Source: Candidatus Latescibacterota bacterium
GTDB taxonomy: Bacteria; Latescibacterota; UBA2968; UBA8231
DNA length: 64,000 nt
Assembly: GCA_965248355.1 (NCBI GenBank)
Contig: OZ252098.1
Coordinates: forward strand, 992,001 to 1,056,000
Direction of reading: 5' to 3'
Shown here: positions 57,324 through 64,000 of the stretch, one piece after another
Numbering within the stretch: the stretch's first letter is position 1
Layout: each line of letters begins with the position of its first letter
Program-made: the position numbers and the translations under genes
The notes under the pieces: generated by a model
Seen by the model: only the letters and a program-made list of their open reading frames with translations
What the model was told of the DNA's origin: nothing
Database searches by the model: none

Positions 57324-58210
57324 CCATGGACGGGACCGGGGGGGTCCTCGTCGTCGACAAGCCTACGGGGCCCACGTCGCACGATGTCGTGGCCAGGGTT
57401 CGCCGGGCCCTGGGGATCCGCCGTGTGGGACACTGCGGGACCCTCGATCCCCTGGCCACCGGCGTCCTCGTTCTCTGCGTCGGTCCCATGACCCGGTTCA
57501 GCCGATGGTTGACCGGCGGGGACAAGGAGTACGATGCCTGCTTCCGACTCGGGGCGACGAGCGACACCGACGACGCCCTGGGACGGATCACCGAAACGCG
57601 GTCGGTCAGGCCGCCGGACCGAAGTGAAATCGAGGATGTCTTGGAACGCTTCCGGGGGGGCATCGATCAGGTGCCGCCCGAGCATTCGGCGGTCAGGGTT
57701 CGCGGCCTCCGCAGCTACCACAGGGCCCGGCGCCAGGTGCCCACGGGATTGACTGCGCGACCGGTCCGGATCGATCGGTTCGAAGTCGTCAGCTACGAAC
57801 CGCCCCGGTTGCGGGTACGCGTGCAATGTGGGAAGGGCACCTACATCCGCTCCCTGGCCCGTGACCTCGGCCAGGCCTTGGGTTGTGGTGGTTTCGTGGA
57901 GCAGTTGAGACGTCTTCGTGTCGGCAGCCTGACGATCGGCGACGCCGTCGAGTGGGCAGCCCTGGAGCGACAGGGCGTGAAGGAGAGACTCCTCGATGCG
58001 CGCCAGGCCCTGCGCGGAATCCTGGGCTTCGTCGACGTCGACCGGGAAGACGCAGAGGCCTTCACCCACGGGCGCCCTGTTCCGGTAGAGGCGCGGCCGG
58101 GGGAACGGGCCGTCTTTCATCAGGCCGGTTTTCTCGGCGTGGGGCAAGTCGACGAAGAGGGCCGTTTGCAGCCGAGAAGGGTGGTAGCGGAGTGGTCCCC
58201 CCTTCCCTGA
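57320..58210 (+). CDS. truB: tRNA pseudouridine(55) synthase
   Basis: DKPTGPTSHDVV, GHCGTLDPLATGVL, KGTYIRSLARD. Confidence 0.96.
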   Translation: MTMDGTGGVLVVDKPTGPTSHDVVARVRRALGIRRVGHCGTLDPLATGVLVLCVGPMTRFSRWLTGGDKEYDACFRLGATSDTDDALGRITETRSVRPPDRSEIEDVLERFRGGIDQVPPEHSAVRVRGLRSYHRARRQVPTGLTARPVRIDRFEVVSYEPPRLRVRVQCGKGTYIRSLARDLGQALGCGGFVEQLRRLRVGSLTIGDAVEWAALERQGVKERLLDARQALRGILGFVDVDREDAEAFTHGRPVPVEARPGERAVFHQAGFLGVGQVDEEGRLQPRRVVAEWSPLP

Positions 58211-58284
58211 GAGAGTCCTGCAGGTCTCCGAAAGCCACGGGAGCCCAAGGCAACGACAGGGCGGCACGACCGGCGGGAGCCGCC

Positions 58285-58671
58285 ATGGAACGGGCGCGGT
58301 GTGACGGGTTTCCGGCCGTGACCATGGAGGGCACGGTGGTCCGGGGAGACGGACGGGGCCGGCGGCTCGGATTTCCGACGGCGAACCTTCGTCTCGACCC
58401 CGATACCGACCCGCCCCTGGGTGTCTTCGCGGCGCGCGTCGAGGGCGCGGGACTCCAGGTTGCGGCCGTGGCCAACATCGGCACCCGGCCGACCTTTGAA
58501 GGCCAGGACGTCTCGGTAGAAGTGCACCTGTTGGACTTCGAGGGCGACCTGTACGATCGGAGGTTGCGGGTTACCCTCGACCGGCGGCTCCGAGGTGAAC
58601 GGCGTTTCGACACGGTCGAGGAGCTGCGGCGCCAGATCGCCGGAGATATCGAACAGGCCCGCGCCCGATAA
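58285..58671 (+). CDS. Riboflavin kinase domain only (RibF C-terminal half)
   Basis: GTVVRGDGRGRRLGFPTANL, NIGTRPTF, EVHLLDF.GDLY, LRGERRF; no HxGH adenylyltransferase domain. Confidence 0.88.
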   Translation: MERARCDGFPAVTMEGTVVRGDGRGRRLGFPTANLRLDPDTDPPLGVFAARVEGAGLQVAAVANIGTRPTFEGQDVSVEVHLLDFEGDLYDRRLRVTLDRRLRGERRFDTVEELRRQIAGDIEQARAR

Positions 58672-58705
58672 GGGGATGGGCTACACACAACTTGGAGGCA
58701 AGACG

Positions 58706-58975
58706 TTGTCGATCACAGCAGAACGCAGAAAAGAGCTGGTGGTGAAGTTCGGAGAGGCCGAGGCCGACACAGGGTCTGCGGCGGTGCAGATCGCCATCCT
58801 CTCCGAGCGCATTCGCAATCTCACCGGGCACCTGCAGGTCCACAAGCAGGACTTCGCCACGCGGCGGGGATTGCTGAAGCTCATCGGGCGGCGGCGGCGC
58901 CTGCAGCAGTATCTGCAGGGGAAGTCGCCGGAAGCCTACGCGGCTCTGATCAAGGACCTGGACCTGCGACGCTGA
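58706..58975 (+). CDS. rpsO: 30S ribosomal protein S15
   Basis: DTGSAAVQIAILSERI..LT.HL..HK.D, RRGLLKL; TTG start. Confidence 0.96.
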   Translation: MSITAERRKELVVKFGEAEADTGSAAVQIAILSERIRNLTGHLQVHKQDFATRRGLLKLIGRRRRLQQYLQGKSPEAYAALIKDLDLRR

Positions 58976-59072
58976 AGCCGCGTCGCAGGAACCGGTTCCG
59001 TCCACGAACGATCCGCCCCCTCCATGCGGCGGATCCCACCCCAACGCTACACAGGAAAGCAAGTCGGAAGAG

Positions 59073-61148
59073 ATGAATCACAAAGTCGAATTGGAATGGG
59101 GCGGGCGCACGCTCACCCTGGAGACCGGCAAGATCGCCGCACGAGCCAACGGTGCCGTGTGGGTCCGTTACGCCGACACGATCGTGCTGGTCACCGCCTG
59201 CCGGTCCCGCCGCGCCGAGGACAGGGGGTTTCTGCCCCTGACCGTCGAATACCGCGAGAAGGGCTATGCCGCCGGTCACATCCCCGGCAACTTCTTCAAG
59301 CGGGAAGGGCGCATGGGGGAGAAGGAGACCCTCAGTGCGCGGATGATCGATCACATGATCCGCCCCCTGTTCCCCAAGAAGTTCCCCCACGAGATCCAGG
59401 TCTTCGTCACCGTCCTCTCCGCGGACGGGGAGAACGAGGCCGACATCATCGGCATGGTCGGAGCCTCGGCGGCTCTGTGCCTCTCCGACATGCCTTTCTC
59501 AGGGCCCATCGCAGCGATCCGAGTCGGCCGCGTCGACGGCGACCTGATCGTCAACCCGACCCTTTCCCAGCTCGGGGAGAGCGACATGGACCTCATCATC
59601 TCGGGCGACAGGGACAGCATCGGGTCCGTCGAAGGCGCCGCTGAGGAGATCTCGGAGGCCGCCCTGCTGGAAGCCCTGGAGTTCGCTCACGAGCACATCC
59701 AGGAGATTCTCGATCTGCAGGAGGATCTGGCCGAGAAGGGGGGGCACGGCAAGATGGAGTACACGTCCCCCGTGGTCGACCCCGAGCTGGTGAAGGCCGT
59801 GAAGGAGGCCGCTGGGAGCCGCATCTCCGAGGCGAACCGCAGCGGAGACCGCGACAGGCGCGGGGCCCTGATCGAGCAGATGGAGGCCGAGGTCAGCTCC
59901 GAGCTGGGAGAGCGCTTTCCCGACTCGGAGAAGGCTATCGGGGAACTGCTGTACGACATGACCCGATCGGACATGCGCAGGATGGTGCTGTCCGACAAGC
60001 GGCGCATCGACGGCCGACAGCTCGACGAGGTCCGTGAGGTGACCTGCGAGGTCGGAATCCTGCCACGAGCTCACGGCTCGGCCCTCTTCACCCGGGGGCA
60101 GACCCAGGCCCTCTGCGCGTCGACCCTGGGGAACAAATTCGACGAGAGGATGATCGAGGACCTGCGGGGCAAGGCCTTCAAGTCCTATTACCTCGATTAC
60201 AACTTCCCCTCCTACAGCACCGACGAAGTCTCCTTTCCCCGGGGTCCGGGGCGGCGTGAGATCGGACATGGCCACCTGGCCGAGCGGGCCCTGGAGCCGG
60301 TGATTCCAACCGTGGATTCCTTCCCTTACACCGTCCGGCTGGTCTCCGACATCCAGTCCTCGAATGGTTCCACATCGATGGCCACCGTGTGCGGCTCCTC
60401 GCTGGCCCTCATGGACGCGGGCATCCCGATCAAGTCCGCGGTCACCGCCTCCGGCGTCGGTCTGATCAGCGAGGGCGAGGAGTACGCCATCCTCACCGAC
60501 ATCCTCGGCGACGAGGACTTCCTCGGCGACATGGACCTCAAGGTGGCGGGGACGGAAGAGGGGATCACGGCGGTGCAGATGGAAAACAAGATCGCCGGCA
60601 TCCGCCTCGAAATCCTCGAGGAGGCCCTGGAGCGGGCCCGGGCGGGACGCATGCACATCCTCGGCATCATGAACGCCTGCATCGAGACCCATCGGGCCGA
60701 GCTCTCCTCGCACGCCCCCAGAATCGAGTTCCTGAAGATCGACCCGCAAAAAATCGGCGCCGTCATCGGCCCGGGTGGCCGCACCATCCGCGAGATCGAG
60801 AAGACGGGGGCCAGCGTCAGTGTCGAGGACGACGGGACGATCACCGTTTCCGCTGTCGAGGCAGAGGCCGCGAACCAGGCCCGGGCGATGATCGAAGCGA
60901 TCACGGCAGAGGCCGTGATCGGCGCCGAGTACGAAGGCACGGTAAAGCGGATCATGCCCTTCGGGGCCTTCGTCGAGATTCTCCCCGGCAAGGAGGGGTT
61001 GTTGCACATCTCCGAGCTCGACCACCACCGTGTGGACACGGTGGAGGATGTGGTCGCCGAGGGAGACCAGGTGGCGGTGAAGGTTCTCGACATCGACAAC
61101 GCCGGCAAGATCCGGCTCAGCCGCAAAGCGATGCTGCCGAGGAACTGA
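59073..61148 (+). CDS. pnp: Polyribonucleotide nucleotidyltransferase
   Basis: FLPLTVEYRE, HGSALFTRGQTQ, RREIGHG, SNGSTSMA, GDMDLKVAG, KH and S1 domains. Confidence 0.97.
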   Translation: MNHKVELEWGGRTLTLETGKIAARANGAVWVRYADTIVLVTACRSRRAEDRGFLPLTVEYREKGYAAGHIPGNFFKREGRMGEKETLSARMIDHMIRPLFPKKFPHEIQVFVTVLSADGENEADIIGMVGASAALCLSDMPFSGPIAAIRVGRVDGDLIVNPTLSQLGESDMDLIISGDRDSIGSVEGAAEEISEAALLEALEFAHEHIQEILDLQEDLAEKGGHGKMEYTSPVVDPELVKAVKEAAGSRISEANRSGDRDRRGALIEQMEAEVSSELGERFPDSEKAIGELLYDMTRSDMRRMVLSDKRRIDGRQLDEVREVTCEVGILPRAHGSALFTRGQTQALCASTLGNKFDERMIEDLRGKAFKSYYLDYNFPSYSTDEVSFPRGPGRREIGHGHLAERALEPVIPTVDSFPYTVRLVSDIQSSNGSTSMATVCGSSLALMDAGIPIKSAVTASGVGLISEGEEYAILTDILGDEDFLGDMDLKVAGTEEGITAVQMENKIAGIRLEILEEALERARAGRMHILGIMNACIETHRAELSSHAPRIEFLKIDPQKIGAVIGPGGRTIREIEKTGASVSVEDDGTITVSAVEAEAANQARAMIEAITAEAVIGAEYEGTVKRIMPFGAFVEILPGKEGLLHISELDHHRVDTVEDVVAEGDQVAVKVLDIDNAGKIRLSRKAMLPRN

Positions 61149-61277
61149 AGGCCGCGAAAGGAAGGCGCCAGGCAGGCGCGGGAAGGCTATCGAAGCTCGC
61201 AGGAGGTCCCTCGGCATCGGTAGTCTTCTGTTGATGCATGCACCGGCCTCGACGGTCGGTGGAAGGATGAATGTTCG

Positions 61278-62606
61278 GTGAGGGACGAGGTTTGGGCCCC
61301 GGATGGTGAGCCCACGGTCCGAATCTCCCATATCGCGGAGAGGGAGGGCGAGCGCGTTCAGTTGCACGGCTGGATCTACAACAGCCGCTCCAGCGGCAAG
61401 CTCCACTTCCTTCAGGTCCGTGACGGTACCGGCATCATCCAGTGCGTCCTGTTCCAGGGCGACGTGACGCCGGAAGTGTTCGAACGCTGCCATCAACTGC
61501 CTCAGGAGACGGCTGTGATCGTACGGGGCCGGGTGCGCTCCGACCCGCGTTCCCCCCTCGGTTTCGAACTGGGGGTGGCGGATCTGGAGGTCGTGCATCG
61601 GTCGGAGGAGTATCCCATCTCACCCAAGGAGCACGGCGTCGCCTTCCTGATGGAGCATCGCCATCTGTGGCTGCGCTCGCTGCGCCCACACGCCGTGCTG
61701 CAGGTGCGCGCCGTGGTGATCGATGCCTGCCGGGAGTACATGCGCCAGGAGGGCTTCCTGCTGATCGACGCCCCGGTGCTCACACCCGCGGCCTGCGAGG
61801 GAACGACGACGCTCTTCGAGACCGACTACTTCGGCGAGACGGCCTACCTGACCCAGAGCGGCCAGCTCTACATGGAGGCCGCGGCCATGGCCTTTGGAAA
61901 GGTCTATTGCTTCGGGCCCACCTTCCGCGCCGAGAAGTCGAAGACCCGGCGCCACCTCACCGAGTTCTGGATGATCGAGCCGGAGATGGCCTACTGCGAT
62001 CTGGCGGGCGGGATGGAGGTCGCGGAGGGATTGGTGACCCACGTGGTTCGGAGGGTCCTTGCGGACTGCCGCGGTGACCTGGAGGCGCTGGAACGCGATC
62101 CGTCGCCCCTGGAAGAGGTCGCCGGCGGGCAGCCCTTCCCGCGTATCTCCTATGATGAGGCCATCGAGATCCTTCGCGACGAGGGCAGCGACCTGCCTTG
62201 GGGGAGCGATCTCGGCGGCGACGACGAGACCCTGCTGTCGCGTCGGTTCGACCGGCCCGTACTCGTCCATCGATACCCGGCGCAGGTGAAGGCCTTCTAC
62301 ATGAAGACCGACCCCGAGGACGGGCGGCTGGCCCTGTGCGTGGACATGCTGGCCCCGGAGGGATACGGAGAGATCGTCGGGGGCGGCCAGCGGGAGGACG
62401 ACCTGCAGGTGATCGAAGCCCGCCTCGCCGAGCACGGCCTGCCCGCCGAGGCCTTCGCCTGGTACCTCGATCTGAGGCGGTACGGCTCCGTTCCGCACGC
62501 CGGATTCGGCATGGGGATCGAGCGCGTCGTGGCCTGGCTGTGCGGCACCCGCCATGTGCGCGAGACGATTCCCTTTCCCAGGACCCTGCAGAGGCTCTAC
62601 CCCTGA
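61278..62606 (+). CDS. asnS: Asparagine-tRNA ligase
   Basis: [50 protein letters not shown]. Confidence 0.96.
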   Translation: MRDEVWAPDGEPTVRISHIAEREGERVQLHGWIYNSRSSGKLHFLQVRDGTGIIQCVLFQGDVTPEVFERCHQLPQETAVIVRGRVRSDPRSPLGFELGVADLEVVHRSEEYPISPKEHGVAFLMEHRHLWLRSLRPHAVLQVRAVVIDACREYMRQEGFLLIDAPVLTPAACEGTTTLFETDYFGETAYLTQSGQLYMEAAAMAFGKVYCFGPTFRAEKSKTRRHLTEFWMIEPEMAYCDLAGGMEVAEGLVTHVVRRVLADCRGDLEALERDPSPLEEVAGGQPFPRISYDEAIEILRDEGSDLPWGSDLGGDDETLLSRRFDRPVLVHRYPAQVKAFYMKTDPEDGRLALCVDMLAPEGYGEIVGGGQREDDLQVIEARLAEHGLPAEAFAWYLDLRRYGSVPHAGFGMGIERVVAWLCGTRHVRETIPFPRTLQRLYP

Positions 62607-62608
62607 CC

Positions 62609-64000
62609 ATGGCAGAGACCGCGGCCCGTCACCCCCCCCCGGGGGGAGCGTACGACTTCCAGCGCATCGAGAAGCGCTGGCGTGACTACTGGTTGGCGGA
62701 AGGCACGTATCGGACCGTTGCACCCGGAGAAGAGGGCTACGACCCGCAGAAGCCGAGGTGCTACATCCTCGACATGTTCCCCTATCCCAGTGGCGAAGGC
62801 CTGCACATCGGCCATCCCAAGGGCTACATCGCCTCCGATATCTACAGCCGCTTCAAGCGCATGGCTGGATACAACGTCCTGCATCCGATGGGGTTCGACA
62901 GTTTCGGGCTGCCTGCCGAGCAGTATGCCATCGAGCACAACGTCCATCCCGCCGTGTCCACCGATCAATGCATCGATCGCATGCGCGCCCAGTTGCAGTA
63001 CCTCGGCCTCGGCTACGACTGGGACCGGGAGATCTCCACATCCCACGAGGACTACTACCGCTGGACCCAGTGGATCTTCCTGCAGCTCTTCGACAGCTGG
63101 TACGATCCGGACCGGGAGTGGCACGACAGCTCGGGGAGGTCGATCCGGGGCCGAGCCCGGCCGATCCCCGAGCTGGTGCAGTCCTTTGAGGACGGAACCC
63201 GGAGCCTCACGGTCCAGGACCGCATATCCCTGCTGGAGAGGCGGGCCGGCGGCTCGGTCGAGGCGGGCTGGCAGGAACTGACGGAGGCCGAGCGTCAGGC
63301 GGTACTGAGCAACTACCGCGTGGCCTATCAGAAGGAGGTCACCGTCAACTGGTGCCCCGGGCTCGGCACGGTTCTGGCCAACGAGGAAGTCACCGCCGAG
63401 GGACGCAGCGAGATCGGCGATCATCCCGTGCACAAGCGCCCGCTGAAGCAGTGGATGCTGCGCATCACCGCCTTCGCCGATCGGCTCCTGGAGGATCTCG
63501 ATGCCGAGGCCCTGCCCGACGGCCGCGGCGCCACCTATGCCCTGGACTGGCCGGCGCCGATCAAGCTCATGCAGCGCAACTGGATCGGCCGCAGCGAGGG
63601 CGCCGAGGTGCGGTTCGACGTCGATGGCTCCCACCGGGCCCGATCCACCCTGGAGGTGTTCACCACCCGGCCCGATACCCTCTTCGGGGCCACCTTCATG
63701 GTGGTGGCCCCCCAGCATCCCCTGTTGTCGGAGGCAGGCCGGGTACCGGACACCTGGCCCCTGGAGACGCCCGAGACATGGAAGGGAGAGCCGGAAGCCC
63801 CGTCCCCCAGGGAAGCCGTCCGTCGACACGCGGCCTGGGCGGAGCGATCCGCCTTCTCCGGCTCCGGACAGGATCAGGACAAGAGCGGTGTCTTCACCGG
63901 GATCTTCGCGCGACGCCCGATGGATGGGGAACGCATCCCCATCTTCACCTCCGACTACGTGAGCATGGAGTACGGCACCGGAGCGATCATGGCCGTCCCC
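62609..64000 (+). CDS. leuS: Leucine-tRNA ligase (partial, runs off right edge)
   Basis: Manual translation: [52 protein letters not shown]. Confidence 0.95.
   Translation, partial: MAETAARHPPPGGAYDFQRIEKRWRDYWLAEGTYRTVAPGEEGYDPQKPRCYILDMFPYPSGEGLHIGHPKGYIASDIYSRFKRMAGYNVLHPMGFDSFGLPAEQYAIEHNVHPAVSTDQCIDRMRAQLQYLGLGYDWDREISTSHEDYYRWTQWIFLQLFDSWYDPDREWHDSSGRSIRGRARPIPELVQSFEDGTRSLTVQDRISLLERRAGGSVEAGWQELTEAERQAVLSNYRVAYQKEVTVNWCPGLGTVLANEEVTAEGRSEIGDHPVHKRPLKQWMLRITAFADRLLEDLDAEALPDGRGATYALDWPAPIKLMQRNWIGRSEGAEVRFDVDGSHRARSTLEVFTTRPDTLFGATFMVVAPQHPLLSEAGRVPDTWPLETPETWKGEPEAPSPREAVRRHAAWAERSAFSGSGQDQDKSGVFTGIFARRPMDGERIPIFTSDYVSMEYGTGAIMAVP

Noticed and set aside
62632..62646. C9G6 homopolymer at the leuS 5' end as a phase-variation tract
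   Set aside because: The frame is intact (PPPGG) and leuS is essential.

Overview
GC-rich bacterial chromosomal window. Most of it is housekeeping: phoH-like, aspS, rpsT, ftsH, purB, pyrH, hisI, mreBC, HU, four tRNAs, miaA, der, rimP-nusA-infB-DUF503-rbfA-truB-ribF'-rpsO-pnp, asnS and partial leuS. It also holds a CysM/JAMM/sulfur-carrier trio, MocA/XdhC, a TatT-associated TRAP transporter, and an IS630 element inserted precisely into a stop codon of a LarA-like catabolic operon. The standout is an 11.7-kb membrane-transport locus (21.3-33.0 kb). It has two tandem-duplicated 718-aa OPT-like polytopic proteins, each with its own promoter copy, and a 1483-aa fusion of an apparently inactive PA/M28 peptidase-fold ectodomain to an FtsX/MacB permease with no ATPase nearby. 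It ends with an 898-aa OPT-like protein carrying a CCCH zinc-finger insert, a permuted FN3-like insert and acidic DxDGDG repeats. An intact cytoplasmic metallopeptidase is transcribed divergently from it. All calls come from motif recognition by eye; no searches were run, and several start codons are estimates.
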